43,761 nt of DNA from an uncultured Pseudomonadota bacterium (GCA_964454175.1 CAYVSA010000003.1:24000-67760), one strand, 5' to 3'; positions 16,890 through 27,172 are shown, numbered from the stretch's first letter. Notes: generated from the letters alone by a model not told the origin. Made by a program: numbers and translations.

Positions 16890-19800
16890 ATGAGTGACAA
16901 GGCAAAACTTCTCAAACAGGCCCAGAAACAACTGTCCAAGGGCAATATTGACCGCGCGATCAAGACTTTTGATCAGCTGGTCAAACTTGACCCAAAGGAC
17001 CACAGGCTTACGCTGCGGTACGCCGATCTCCTGTCCAGAGCCGGCAGGAAAAAGGTTGCTATTGAGCAGTATGAGAAGGTTGCTTCAATCTACATACGTG
17101 ACGATTTTACTCCCAAGGCTATTGCTGTTTACAAGACTGTCCTGCGCCTTGATCCTGACTATCTGGATGCCTACAGGAAGCTGGCAGAACTCTACAAAAG
17201 CCAGGGCCTGGAGAGTGAAGCTCTCTCGCAGCTGCAGCACCTGTTTGAGCATTTCGAATCAAAGGAAGATGAAGATAACCAGATCGAAGTCCTGAAGCTC
17301 ATGACCGAGATGGATCCTGAAAACCTCGGTTTCCAGGTTCGGCTTGGCGAGACTATGGCCAAATTGGGTAAAAAACAGGAAGCTGCCGAGGCTTTTGCCC
17401 ATGCCGCCTCAACTCTGAGCAAGCGGGGATTCCACGACAGAGCTTCAGCTCTTTTCGAAAAAATTGTTTCCCTAAATCCGGAAAATGCGGCTGTCCGCAA
17501 GGAACTCTGTGGGCATTATCTGGAGAGCGGGAACTTCGACGAGGCCAGAAATGAGATCGTAGCAATTCTCGAAATGGAGCCTGATGATCCGAAAATGATC
17601 CTGCTCCTTGGAAGGATTTTATTCAAGCTCAGCGACCCTGAAGGCGGCGAGAGCATGATCGGCAGGTCTCTCGAACTGTTTCTTGAAACGGGAGAGCTTG
17701 AAGGAGTGCTTCGGGAGTATTTGTTCGTTGCCCAGAACCATTTAAAAAGTGGTGAACTGGCCGAAGCAGAGGCGTTCTACCGCCAGATACGCAAGGCATC
17801 GCCCCCTGATGAAAGGGCGCTAAAAGGCCTTATCGCCGTTTCTGACGCCCGGCGCGATCAGGACAGCCAGATCGAGCTGACCCTTTCCCTGGCAAAAACG
17901 TTGTCCGAAAAAGGAGATACAGCCGGAGCGGCAGAGGCTTTCAACCAGCTTCTGGAGTTAGACCCTGCAAACAGTGAAGCATTAGAGTTCCTGGCAAGTG
18001 ACAAAGGAAAGCAGTCCCCTGTTCCAGTTGAGCAGCCTGGGGAAGAGGCACCAGAACATGGAATGGAGCCGGAGAAGCCATCAGCCGTGATCGAAGCCGT
18101 TCAAGATACCGATCTGGGCGACCTCGAGGAGCTCGTTGACCTGGGAGATGAGCTTGTGGAAGGCGTGCCGGCTACAGATGCAGGCGAGGAGCACATCGAG
18201 ATCGAGGGGCTGATAGAAGGCGCTGAGGATACCGGTCTTGCCACGGATGAAGACGCGGATGATGCCAGCGATGACATCATGGACGAAATAGTATTTGAAA
18301 CGGAACAGGCGCCTGAAGATGAGTCCGAGATCCAGGAGATCGAAGATATTGATGTCATGCCCATCCTGGACGATATGGACATTACACCTGTTACAGATGA
18401 TGAAGTGGAAGATCACGGGGAAGTAATTCCCGAGGAACTGATCCCGGAAAGCGAATCCATTGAGAAATCTCCTCCGGAAGATGTCCCTGATACTGGCCCT
18501 TCCGCGGGCGCCGAAAAAGAAATGCCTCTGGAGGACCTTGTCCTTGAAGCTCAAGTCTACCAGCGTTACGGGTTAAACGACAAGGCTGTCAAGCTTCTCG
18601 AACCCCTCAGGGACAAAAATCCCGGCAACATCAGCGTGCTTGAGCTTCTGTTTGATATACATATGGATACAGACTCGGAGGGTTCTGCACCTGTTGGCGA
18701 GGAGCTGTTCAATGCCTTTGTAGAGGCAGGTGAAGATGATAAAGCCGGGGCGGTACTGGAAAAGATGAAGGGTCTTGCTGCCGGTCAAGAAGCAGTATCC
18801 AGGCTCATGGCCAGGTTCCCGGGTGCTCAGGAGCCAGCCGTCCCGGAAACTGTAGCCCCTGCAGCATCAGCTTCTGAAGTGGCTGACCCCTTCGCAGAGG
18901 AATTGGAGGAGGCCGAGTTCTACCTCTCCCAGGGTATGGAAGAGGAGGCGCGGCGGATCTACAGTGATATTCTGGTGAAAGATCCGGTTCACGAGACAGC
19001 CCTGCAGGGCATAGGCAGGCTCCAGGAAGACCAGGCCCCGCCCGCTGTTTCAGAAAGTGCTGAATTACTGGCCGGGATTTCTGAGGTTCTGCAGCCTGAG
19101 CAGGAGGTGCCTGAGCAGGAGGTGCCTGACACTGTTGTACAGGCCCCGCCTCTGGAGTCCGACCTGGAACATGATCCTTCTCCAGTTACCGCTGATCCGG
19201 CTGCACTTCAGGTGCCTGCTGACGATGGTCCATTCCGGGACGTCGGGAGCAAGCTCATCGTAGAAGACTCAGCACCTGAAACTGGCGATTTTCTGGACCT
19301 GGCTGAAGAACTGAGGATAGAACTCGCAGACGAACTGGAAGATGTTGCAGAATCAGCTCCTCCCGCTGATGGACCTGTTACCTTCGAGGAGATCTTCGCA
19401 CAGTTCAAGAAGGGCATTGCCGAAACACTCGGAGATCAGGAGCACGAGACCCATTATAATCTTGGTATTGCGTATAAGGAGATGGGGCTTCATGACGATG
19501 CCATCAAAGAGTTTGAACTGGCTTCCCACGATCCCAATTATCTCCTCGACAGCCTGAGCCTTACTGCAATGTGTTTTTACGAAAAACAGGATTACAAATC
19601 TGCCGCTGGAGCACTTCAGACGGCCCTTGAGTCAGCTCCCGAGTCCAACCTCTCGGGACTCCATTTCCAGTTAGGACAAGTGAGGGAGAAGCAGAGCGAT
19701 TTCACGAATGCCCTGAGTTCCTTTGAGGAAGTCAAAAAACTTGATCCAGCTTTTGAAGGGATAGAGTCCCATCTGGAACGGGTCAGAGATCTTGTTAATA

Positions 19801-19994
19801 TCGACCAGGCTTCCACCGATCCTGTTGGTGAAGAAGGCGGTCTGGAACCGGCTCCGGAGCCGGACGGCCTTGACGGGATGCTTGACGATCTCATCCACGA
19901 AGTCGAAGAAATGGCAAAGGAAGATGAAAGCGGCCCTGAAAGCGAAGGCAAGTCGTCTGAAAAAAGGAAAAAAGACAGGATCTCCTACATATAA
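16890..19994 (+). CDS. sgmX: Large TPR protein, SgmX-like
   Basis: N-terminal TPR block, long acidic linker, C-terminal TPRs ('ETHYNLGIAYKEMGL'), basic tail 'KKDRISYI'; lies between accC and an ExeA-like ATPase as sgmX does in Myxococcus. Confidence 0.7.
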   Translation: MSDKAKLLKQAQKQLSKGNIDRAIKTFDQLVKLDPKDHRLTLRYADLLSRAGRKKVAIEQYEKVASIYIRDDFTPKAIAVYKTVLRLDPDYLDAYRKLAELYKSQGLESEALSQLQHLFEHFESKEDEDNQIEVLKLMTEMDPENLGFQVRLGETMAKLGKKQEAAEAFAHAASTLSKRGFHDRASALFEKIVSLNPENAAVRKELCGHYLESGNFDEARNEIVAILEMEPDDPKMILLLGRILFKLSDPEGGESMIGRSLELFLETGELEGVLREYLFVAQNHLKSGELAEAEAFYRQIRKASPPDERALKGLIAVSDARRDQDSQIELTLSLAKTLSEKGDTAGAAEAFNQLLELDPANSEALEFLASDKGKQSPVPVEQPGEEAPEHGMEPEKPSAVIEAVQDTDLGDLEELVDLGDELVEGVPATDAGEEHIEIEGLIEGAEDTGLATDEDADDASDDIMDEIVFETEQAPEDESEIQEIEDIDVMPILDDMDITPVTDDEVEDHGEVIPEELIPESESIEKSPPEDVPDTGPSAGAEKEMPLEDLVLEAQVYQRYGLNDKAVKLLEPLRDKNPGNISVLELLFDIHMDTDSEGSAPVGEELFNAFVEAGEDDKAGAVLEKMKGLAAGQEAVSRLMARFPGAQEPAVPETVAPAASASEVADPFAEELEEAEFYLSQGMEEEARRIYSDILVKDPVHETALQGIGRLQEDQAPPAVSESAELLAGISEVLQPEQEVPEQEVPDTVVQAPPLESDLEHDPSPVTADPAALQVPADDGPFRDVGSKLIVEDSAPETGDFLDLAEELRIELADELEDVAESAPPADGPVTFEEIFAQFKKGIAETLGDQEHETHYNLGIAYKEMGLHDDAIKEFELASHDPNYLLDSLSLTAMCFYEKQDYKSAAGALQTALESAPESNLSGLHFQLGQVREKQSDFTNALSSFEEVKKLDPAFEGIESHLERVRDLVNIDQASTDPVGEEGGLEPAPEPDGLDGMLDDLIHEVEEMAKEDESGPESEGKSSEKRKKDRISYI

Positions 19995-20005
19995 CGAGGT
20001 GAACT

Positions 20006-21004
20006 GTGAGTTATCTTGATTTTTTCGGTCTTAAAACAGAACCCTTCAGCAACGCTCCGAACGAGCGCTTCTACTACAACAGCGCCCAACATGCAAAAGC
20101 CCTGACCAGGATGATGTATGTTGCCGAAACCATGAAGGGGCTTGCTGTTGTCGTGGGGGATATCGGGACTGGTAAAACTACCCTTGCCAGGAAGATGCTT
20201 GACAGCCTCCCTGTTGAGGAATACGAGTCGGCACTTCTGATCATTCTTCACTCGGAGATATCGGCCGAGTGGCTGCTGCAGAAAATAGCTATTCAGCTTG
20301 GGGTCGAAAGGCCGGCCAAGGAGCGGATCCAGGTAATTGGCCAGTTATACCGAAGGCTGCTGCAGCTCCATGAGATGGGTAAGAAGGCAGTGGTCTTGAT
20401 AGACGAAGCCCAGATGCTCAACTCAAAGGAACTTATGGAGGAGTTCAGGGGGCTCCTTAACCTGGAGGTCACCGCCCACAAGCTGATTACCTTTATTTTC
20501 TTCGGGCTCCCCGAAATAGAGGAGAATTTCAGACTGGATCCACCCCTTCTTCAGCGTGTTTCCATGAAGATCAGAATGTCAACTTTGACCGAAGAGGCTA
20601 CTAATGCTTATATTGTGCATCGCCTTGCAGTAGCGGGCCTGAGGGACCCCGTATTTTCAACAGATGCTTTAAAGAGCATCTACAGGTATTCGGTTGGGTT
20701 TCCCAGGAAGATCAACATTCTTTGTGATAATGCCCTTTTCCAGGGGTTCCTCATGAGGAAGCGCATTGTGGATCAGAATATCGTTGATGAGATGGCTGAG
20801 GACCTGGGTTTCCGTTCAGTTGAGATTGAAGATATTATCAGCCCTTCAGTGGAGCTTCCTGCAGTTGACTGGATCCATGAGAGCGGTACATCAGCTGAGT
20901 CGGATGGACCTGCTCTGGGAGAAGGTGACGAAGCCGCGACCCAGGATGACGACATAGAGGAAAGGTTCGAGGAATTTTTCAAGGATACCTTCACCGACGA
21001 ATAA
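20006..21004 (+). CDS. ExeA/GspA-family AAA ATPase
   Basis: 'YLDFFGLKTEPFS', Walker A GDIGTGKT, Walker B LIDEAQ, 'GFPRKINILCDNAL'. Confidence 0.92.
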   Translation: MSYLDFFGLKTEPFSNAPNERFYYNSAQHAKALTRMMYVAETMKGLAVVVGDIGTGKTTLARKMLDSLPVEEYESALLIILHSEISAEWLLQKIAIQLGVERPAKERIQVIGQLYRRLLQLHEMGKKAVVLIDEAQMLNSKELMEEFRGLLNLEVTAHKLITFIFFGLPEIEENFRLDPPLLQRVSMKIRMSTLTEEATNAYIVHRLAVAGLRDPVFSTDALKSIYRYSVGFPRKINILCDNALFQGFLMRKRIVDQNIVDEMAEDLGFRSVEIEDIISPSVELPAVDWIHESGTSAESDGPALGEGDEAATQDDDIEERFEEFFKDTFTDE

Positions 21005-21077
21005 AGACAGTAACCTGATCATAGTGACCTGTTTTCTCGTCGAAGAATTCTGTTTATTTAACCTCACTGGCATGGCC

Positions 21078-21106
21078 TTTACATGCCGTTGTTCATATTC
21101 TAATAT
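21078..21106 (+). promoter_or_regulatory. sigma70 promoter of tRNA-Gly
   Basis: TTTACA-N17-TAATAT, 15 nt before the tRNA. Confidence 0.7.
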
Positions 21107-21121
21107 CTTATGCTGTTTGAT

Positions 21122-21197
21122 GCGGGCATAACTCAGTTGGTAGAGTGTCAGCTTCCCAAGCTGAAAGTCGCGGGTTCGAATCCCGTTGCCCGCTCCA
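21122..21197 (+). tRNA. tRNA-Gly (CCC)
   Basis: Acceptor GCGGGCA/TGCCCGC, D arm ACTC/GAGT, anticodon stem TCAGC/GCTGA with CCC at 21155-21157, TTCGAAT T-loop, U73, encoded CCA. Confidence 0.98.
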
Positions 21198-21209
21198 CCC
21201 AGGATTATT

Positions 21210-21240
21210 GGCCCGGTCAGAAAATTCAGACCGGGTCTTG
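21210..21240 (+). terminator. Hairpin/terminator after tRNA
   Basis: GGCCCGGTC / GACCGGGTC stem with a weak T tail. Confidence 0.5.
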
Positions 21241-21353
21241 TCATTCATAACTGATCAAAATATAGATCAGAAAACCGCGGCGAGGCATTCTTGTGGAGCA
21301 TTTATGGGCTGCAGCAACCATCCCGCCATTGCCAGGAACCTGGAGTTTGATAA

Positions 21354-23024
21354 TTGAATAATTCCATTACAGAAATTATCGTCAGTGCTCTGGAAATAGC
21401 AGCCGAAATGGAGATCATTCCAGCAATGGAAATGCCCGCTGCGATGGTGGAGCTGACCAGAGACAGGAAGTTTGGTGATTATGCCACCAATGTCGCCATG
21501 GTACTCGCATCACGGTTAAAGATCAGTCCGAGGGATCTGGCAGAGAAACTGACCGGCGTGATCAGTGAAGTTGACCGTGGATCCAGTATACGTGAGATCA
21601 GAACAGCAGGCCCGGGCTTCATAAATTTGACGATGACGGATGCGTTCTGGTCTGGAAAGCTAAGGTCTGTCCTGACAGAAGGTGAAAAATATGGTCGGAG
21701 CAGCCTTGGAAAGGGAAAAAAGATTCAGGTTGAGTTTGTCAGTGCAAACCCCACCGGTCCCCTCCATGTTGGTCACGGCAGGGGTGCTGCGCTGGGAGAC
21801 GTTCTGGCAAACCTCCTGGAGGCTGTGGGTTTTGATGTCTCAAGGGAATATTACGTAAACGATGCCGGCAATCAGATACGCACCCTTGGAAAATCTGTTA
21901 AGGCCCGGTACCTTGAACTGGCGGGCCGAGAAGAAGAATTTCCCCAGGATGGCTACAAGGGTGATTATATAAAGAAGATAGCGATGAAGCTCAGGGAAGA
22001 ACGGGGCGACAGATATCTTGAAAAAGACCCTGGGAACGGAACCCTGGAGATCGCCAGGTATTCAGCTGATATTATTCTCAAAGATATCATGGAAGATCTG
22101 GAACAGTTCGGTGTAATCTTTGACAGATGGTTCTCCGAGGCGTCCCTCTTTGAGAATGATGATGTTGGACGGACCCTTGATGACCTTGAAAGAAAGGGGC
22201 ACATATATCGTGAGGAAGGCGCCGCCTGGTTTAACAGCACCTCTTTAGGTGATGACAAGGACCGGGTGGTAATAAAGGCTGATGGTGTACCGACCTATTT
22301 TGCCTCTGACCTGGCCTACCACAGCAACAAGTTCAAGCGAGGTTTTGAAAAAGTTATCAATATCTGGGGGGCGGACCACCACGGCTATATAGAAAGGATG
22401 AAGGCTGGAGTTGTGGCACTCGGAAATTCCGGGGATGACCTTGAGATCGTTCTGGTTCAGCTCGTAAATCTGCTTCGAGGAGGAAAGCAGGTTGCCATGT
22501 CCACGAGGGCTGGGGAATTCGTGACTCTCAGGGAGGTGCGTGAGGAAGTCGGCAGCGATGCGGCCAGGTTCATGTTCCTTACTCGAAAGGCCGACAGCAA
22601 GCTCGATTTCGACCTTGAGGTGGCCAAATCACGGAGCAATGACAACCCGGTCTATTACGTTCAGTACGCTCATGCCAGGATCTGCAGCATCATCAGGAAC
22701 GCGGCCCAGGAGGGTCACGAGGCTCCTTCACCGGAGGACGTTGATCCAGGCGTGCTCGATCTTCCCGAAGAACGGGAATTAATTCGCCATCTGGCTGCTC
22801 TGCCCGACATTATTGAGGGGGCTGCGGCTGCTCTCGAACCCCACCGCATCACCAACTACCTCAGGGATGTTTCCACTACTCTGCACAACTACTACTATCA
22901 CCACAGGGTGTTGTCAGAGGACCCTGCTCTCACCCGGGCTCGTCTCGGTCTTATGACTGGGGTTCGGACTGCCATCGCCATAGGACTCGAGCTGCTGGGA
23001 GTCAGCGCCCCGGAAAGGATGTAG
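21354..23024 (+). CDS. argS: Arginine--tRNA ligase
   Basis: 'EFVSANPTGPLHVGHGRGA', 'GADHHGY', 'MSTRAG', 'YVQYAHAR', ends 'APERM'. Confidence 0.98.
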   Translation: MNNSITEIIVSALEIAAEMEIIPAMEMPAAMVELTRDRKFGDYATNVAMVLASRLKISPRDLAEKLTGVISEVDRGSSIREIRTAGPGFINLTMTDAFWSGKLRSVLTEGEKYGRSSLGKGKKIQVEFVSANPTGPLHVGHGRGAALGDVLANLLEAVGFDVSREYYVNDAGNQIRTLGKSVKARYLELAGREEEFPQDGYKGDYIKKIAMKLREERGDRYLEKDPGNGTLEIARYSADIILKDIMEDLEQFGVIFDRWFSEASLFENDDVGRTLDDLERKGHIYREEGAAWFNSTSLGDDKDRVVIKADGVPTYFASDLAYHSNKFKRGFEKVINIWGADHHGYIERMKAGVVALGNSGDDLEIVLVQLVNLLRGGKQVAMSTRAGEFVTLREVREEVGSDAARFMFLTRKADSKLDFDLEVAKSRSNDNPVYYVQYAHARICSIIRNAAQEGHEAPSPEDVDPGVLDLPEERELIRHLAALPDIIEGAAAALEPHRITNYLRDVSTTLHNYYYHHRVLSEDPALTRARLGLMTGVRTAIAIGLELLGVSAPERM

Positions 23025-23025
23025 T

Positions 23026-23637
23026 TTGACAAGGGGAAAGAGGTCTACGTCCCCAAAAGAACTTGTCCGGTTGACGCCAGGTCAGTTCAGCGCGGCGGTC
23101 GCCGGTATCGTTCTCCTGTGTTCACTATCCCTGGTGACAGGCTATTACCTCGGTCTGAAGAGGATAGGCCGTGATAAAGCCGGGTCCCGGCAGGGTGAGC
23201 AGAAAACAGAGAACATCAACTCAGCTGAGGCTCCCAGGACAGCTGCTGGATCATCGCCGAGTGTAGGCATGGCGACCACAATTACCTTTTACTCCGCCCT
23301 TGTCAAAGGTGAGAAAAAAGCTGTTGCCGGGAAAAAGGGTCAGCGGGTACTTGAGGCAGCGACGAGCGAGAAGAAACAGTCTGTCCATTTCATGCCCGCC
23401 GTGGGAGGTAATATTGCCGTACAGGTGGCATCCTACCGCAAAAGGGAAAAAGCCCATGAGATGCTGGTGTCTCTTTCGTCTGCCGGGTACTCGGGCACAG
23501 TAGTCAGGGCCGATCTGGGGCCCAGAGGTATTTGGCACAGGGTCAGACTGGGCCCCTTCAGGAGTAAGGGGGATGCTGAAAAAATCCTCGCTGTTCTCAA
23601 GGACGAAAGGTCAATAAAAGGGTTTATAGTGCGATGA
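23026..23637 (+). CDS. SPOR-domain membrane protein (FtsN-like)
   Basis: TM near N-terminus; 'VQVASY', 'WHRVRLGPF'; follows argS. Confidence 0.9.
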   Translation: MTRGKRSTSPKELVRLTPGQFSAAVAGIVLLCSLSLVTGYYLGLKRIGRDKAGSRQGEQKTENINSAEAPRTAAGSSPSVGMATTITFYSALVKGEKKAVAGKKGQRVLEAATSEKKQSVHFMPAVGGNIAVQVASYRKREKAHEMLVSLSSAGYSGTVVRADLGPRGIWHRVRLGPFRSKGDAEKILAVLKDERSIKGFIVR

Positions 23638-23789
23638 TGTCTTCGTGATGATCAAAGCAGCCCATGGCCTGCTATTATCCCCTTCATCCCTGCTAGACAA
23701 TAGAGAATCAAACCCTAATTTCCAGTACTATATTTTCCAATTTCCAATACCTCTGAAATTACCACTCTTAAAGTTTATTCTCACTATGC

Positions 23790-23820
23790 TTGACAGAAAC
23801 CCTTGAATTATCTATATAAT
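23790..23820 (+). promoter_or_regulatory. sigma70-like promoter of zapB-like/zapA
   Basis: TTGACA-N19-TATAAT: consensus hexamers with a long spacer. Confidence 0.55.
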
Positions 23821-23832
23821 ATCAGACAAGTC

Positions 23833-24039
23833 ATGGGTAAAAAGGGATTAACAAATGCTTTTATCGAACTGGAAGAGGCTGTTGACAGGCTCCTCTCCCG
23901 CGGTGGCGGTTCTGAAGGCGGTGTTACAGGCAAGGCCGCCGGGGGAGCATTGAAGCGTTCCCCTGAAACCAGCTTTACCGAAAAAGAGGCTGCGGAGCTG
24001 ATCCGTAAGGCTATAGAACGACTCAAGGCCCTCTATTAA
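23833..24039 (+). CDS. Small protein in the ZapB position
   Basis: 68 aa directly upstream of zapA; amphipathic ends 'FIELEEAVDRLL' and 'LIRKAIERLKAL'. Confidence 0.6.
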   Translation: MGKKGLTNAFIELEEAVDRLLSRGGGSEGGVTGKAAGGALKRSPETSFTEKEAAELIRKAIERLKALY

Positions 24040-24068
24040 AAGGTTGTCTACTGCTGGAGGCTCACCAC

Positions 24069-24341
24069 ATGCCTGGAAGAGTTGATGTTGAAATATTTGG
24101 GAAAGTCTATACCGTCAGGGGTGAGAAAGATCCTGAATACGTTAGACGTGTCGCTGAGTATGTCGACCGGAAGATGCGGGAGATATCACAGGTTACTGAT
24201 ACTGTATCAACCTCTCGCATTGCCATCCTGGCAGCTCTGAACATTGCCGATGAATTCTTTTCTCTTACCGAAGAGTCAGACCAGCTTGAAAACAGGATAG
24301 AAAGCCTTTCCAGGAAGATAGGGAAGGCTCTGGATGGTTAG
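24069..24341 (+). CDS. zapA: Cell division protein ZapA
   Basis: 'VEIFGKVYTV', 'VAEYVDRKM', 'AILAALNIADE'. Confidence 0.95.
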   Translation: MPGRVDVEIFGKVYTVRGEKDPEYVRRVAEYVDRKMREISQVTDTVSTSRIAILAALNIADEFFSLTEESDQLENRIESLSRKIGKALDG

Positions 24342-24433
24342 GACGTTAACCAGACGGTTACTTTCACTGGTCTCACGAATTAGACCTGGTCCAGGCGGGG
24401 TCTGCCCGGCGGCGGCAGAGGGATCGATAGTCC

Positions 24434-24462
24434 TTGAAGGCTCAGCGTTAATCTGATAGATT
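24434..24462 (+). promoter_or_regulatory. sigma70 promoter of 6S RNA
   Basis: TTGAAG-N17-TAGATT, about 6 nt before the predicted RNA 5' end. Confidence 0.6.
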
Positions 24463-24468
24463 AATGCT

Positions 24469-24644
24469 GCCCCTGCCCTGCCCGTGGAGGCCTGTTACTT
24501 TTGAGCCAACACTCGGAGGATGGGACTTTAGTCGTGGGTGTGGTGAGCATGTTCGCGAGAGCGAAAAGCCTGAAGCGCCCCGCGCGAGACCCACTTGGTA
24601 GGCCAGGTTCAAAAGACGAACTACCACACGGTTCGGTGGGGGTT
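24469..24644 (+). ncRNA. ssrS: 6S RNA
   Basis: Conserved zapA-6S-cyclo-ligase position; closing stem GCCCCTGCC..CCGTG / CACGG..GGTGGGGGT; CTTTTGAGCC / GGTTCAAAAG helix flanking a central bubble. Ends approximate. Confidence 0.88.
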
Positions 24645-24908
24645 CTGGAAGCTCCTGGACCGGTCCTATGGGGCCAGTGGGGTCCAGTTCGATATAAAAC
24701 TTGAAGAACACTTTTGAGACGCTATTTTAAGCTTTACAGGCAGAACCTGCCTTGTCAGATACACTCGAATACTCTGTTCCGGGCTGTTGTACTTCAGTTG
24801 TGGTTTTAGCTATGGGTGTTTGAGCGGGTATTAGATCAACTTCAAGTTTAGGACTGCACCTCTACAGGCCTCTCCGGTTCCAGCGTCACGTGAGAACTGG
24901 GGGGGTTT

Positions 24909-25511
24909 TTGTCTTTTAACCCGATTATTGAAAAGCAGGAGTTGAGGGACCGCATGCGTGCCATGCGCCAGGCGCTCCCCCCTGAGGACGTCGGCAATCA
25001 CAGCTTTGAGATTGCCAGGCGGATCATGGCGTTGGGGGAAGTGGCTGATTCTGAGACGGTCTGTATTTACGCCAGTGTCGGCAAGGAGGTTCAGACCGGT
25101 TTTCTTAAGAAGAGTTTTCTGCAATCGAAAAAAAGGGTGATCATTCCAGATTGGGAGGGCTGGAAGCTGGGTTCCGGGATAAGGCTTGCCCAGATTTTCA
25201 GTCAGAATGATGTACTCAGGGAGGACAGGGTCGTCCCTCAGCCACGGCAAACTACGGACCGGGCGATACCTGCAGAGGAAGTCGAACTTTTTCTCGTTCC
25301 CGCGCTTGCTTTCGACAGGTCCGGAAATCGACTTGGCATGGGAGGCGGATATTTTGACAGATTACTGAAACTGGCTTCCCCGAGGGCGACAATTATCGGG
25401 ATGGCTTTTGAGTTTCAGATAGTGAGGACTCTGCCCAGGGAGAAACACGACGTTCCCGTTAACCAGATTGTGACCCAGGCCGCGGTCAGGATCTGCAGGG
25501 ACTTTCAATAG
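24909..25511 (+). CDS. 5-formyltetrahydrofolate cyclo-ligase
   Basis: 'KQELR', '[22 protein letters not shown]', 'HDVPV'. Confidence 0.95.
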   Translation: MSFNPIIEKQELRDRMRAMRQALPPEDVGNHSFEIARRIMALGEVADSETVCIYASVGKEVQTGFLKKSFLQSKKRVIIPDWEGWKLGSGIRLAQIFSQNDVLREDRVVPQPRQTTDRAIPAEEVELFLVPALAFDRSGNRLGMGGGYFDRLLKLASPRATIIGMAFEFQIVRTLPREKHDVPVNQIVTQAAVRICRDFQ

Positions 25512-25519
25512 GAGGAACA

Positions 25520-27082
25520 GTGATGACTGGCAACAACCTGATTTTGTACATCATAATGGCGGTAGCTGGAATTGCAGCTGGATATATCGGCAGGATCATG
25601 ATCCAGAGTTTGACTGAAAAAGCGAGCAGGAGTAAGGCCTCCTCTATTCTGGATGATGCAGCGAGAGAAGCGGAGAACCTGCGCAAAGAGGCTGAAATAG
25701 GAGCCAAGGAGCACCTTTTGCAGTCGAGGTCCAGTTTCGAAGAAGAGACAAAGGAACATCGCCGGGATCTTCAGCAGCTTGAGAAGCGGCTTCAGCAGCG
25801 TGAGGAGAATCTGGACAGGAAATTCGAAAATCTGGACAAGAAGGAGCAGGATCTGAGTAACAGGGAAAAATCCGTAGCGGGGCAGCAAAGAGCAATGGCT
25901 GAAAAAGAAAAGGACTACAAGAAACTCATCTCTGACCAGCGTGAAAAGCTCGAATCCATTTCCTCAATGACAGCTGACCAGGCTAAGGACGAGCTTATGA
26001 AAATGATGGTTGAGGAGGCGAGGATCGATTCGGCCAAGACCATTATGCGTATAGAAGAAGAGGCAAAGGAAACTGCTGACAAGAAGGCTAAGGAGATAAT
26101 AAGCCTGGCCGTTCAACGTTACTCGGGAGATTACGTAGCTGAAAAAACGGTTACCGTGGTTCCGCTGCCCAACGATGAGATGAAGGGCAGGATCATTGGG
26201 CGGGAAGGAAGGAATATTCGTTCTTTTGAGAGCGTAACCGGAGTTGATCTGATAGTTGATGATACACCTGAGGCGGTCGTTCTGTCCGTATTCGATCCGA
26301 TCAGAAGGGAGATCGCAAGGGTGTCCCTGGAGCGTCTGGTAGCTGATGGCAGGATCCATCCAGCCAGGATCGAAGAGGTTGTAAATAAAGCTGCCAAGGA
26401 AATGGAGACTACCCTCAAGGAAGAGGGAGAGAAGTCGGCCTTTGACGTGGGTGTGCATAATATCAACCCCGAGCTCGTAAGGCTTATGGGCAGGCTCAAG
26501 TTCAGGACCAGTTATGCGCAAAATGTTCTAACCCACTCTCTGGAGGTCGCCTTCCTGTGCGGTATTATGGCCGGGGAATTGGGCATGGAGGTAAAAGACG
26601 CCAAGAGGATTGGCTTCCTCCATGACATCGGAAAAGCTGTTGACCACGAAGTGGAGGGGTCTCACGCGCTGATAGGGGCAGAACTCGTAAAGAAATACGG
26701 GGAGTCTCAAAAGATCGTAAATGCGCTTGCTGCACACCACGATGAGGTTAAGGCAGGCTCCATTGAGGCCATCCTGGTTCAGGCGGCCGATGCTCTGTCC
26801 GCAGCCAGGCCGGGCGCGCGTCGTGAGATGCTGGAGACTTATATAAAACGGCTCGACGACCTTGAAAAGATCGCCAAATCCTTCAAGGGTGTGGAAAAGA
26901 GCTATGCTATACAGGCTGGCAGGGAAGTCAGGATAATGGTGGAATCTGACGAAGTGAGCGACGAACAGGCATCGGTTATGGCGCGTGATATTGCTCAGCA
27001 GATCGAAAAGGAGCTGGCTTTCCCCGGACAGATACGGGTAACGGTTATCCGGGAAACGAGGGCCGTGGATTTCGCAAAGTAA
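25520..27082 (+). CDS. rny: Ribonuclease Y
   Basis: N-terminal TM, coiled coil, KH '[14 protein letters not shown]', HD 'LHDIGKA', 'SAARPGAR'. Confidence 0.98.
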   Translation: MMTGNNLILYIIMAVAGIAAGYIGRIMIQSLTEKASRSKASSILDDAAREAENLRKEAEIGAKEHLLQSRSSFEEETKEHRRDLQQLEKRLQQREENLDRKFENLDKKEQDLSNREKSVAGQQRAMAEKEKDYKKLISDQREKLESISSMTADQAKDELMKMMVEEARIDSAKTIMRIEEEAKETADKKAKEIISLAVQRYSGDYVAEKTVTVVPLPNDEMKGRIIGREGRNIRSFESVTGVDLIVDDTPEAVVLSVFDPIRREIARVSLERLVADGRIHPARIEEVVNKAAKEMETTLKEEGEKSAFDVGVHNINPELVRLMGRLKFRTSYAQNVLTHSLEVAFLCGIMAGELGMEVKDAKRIGFLHDIGKAVDHEVEGSHALIGAELVKKYGESQKIVNALAAHHDEVKAGSIEAILVQAADALSAARPGARREMLETYIKRLDDLEKIAKSFKGVEKSYAIQAGREVRIMVESDEVSDEQASVMARDIAQQIEKELAFPGQIRVTVIRETRAVDFAK

Positions 27083-27107
27083 GGTTTTATCAGAGAGCGA
27101 CAGGGCA

Positions 27108-27172
27108 CCAGGTATTAGAAACAAGAAAATCGGAAATTTGAGTTCTGGATATTGGATGCAGGGCATTGAACG
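27108..27172. repeat. Degenerate heptamer array
   Basis: CCAGGTA TTAGAAA CAAGAAA .. CTGGATA TTGGATG CAGGGCA TTGAACG; TAGAAACAAGAAA is identical to 42716-42728. Confidence 0.6.

Noticed and set aside
21122-21354. Island integrated at tRNA-Gly
   Set aside because: No integrase, no repeat of the tRNA 3' end noticed; core genes on both sides.
20891-21357. Short ORFs 20891-21244 and 21145-21357
   Set aside because: They overlap tRNA-Gly.
24501-24704. 67-aa ORF
   Set aside because: Overlaps the better-supported 6S RNA.
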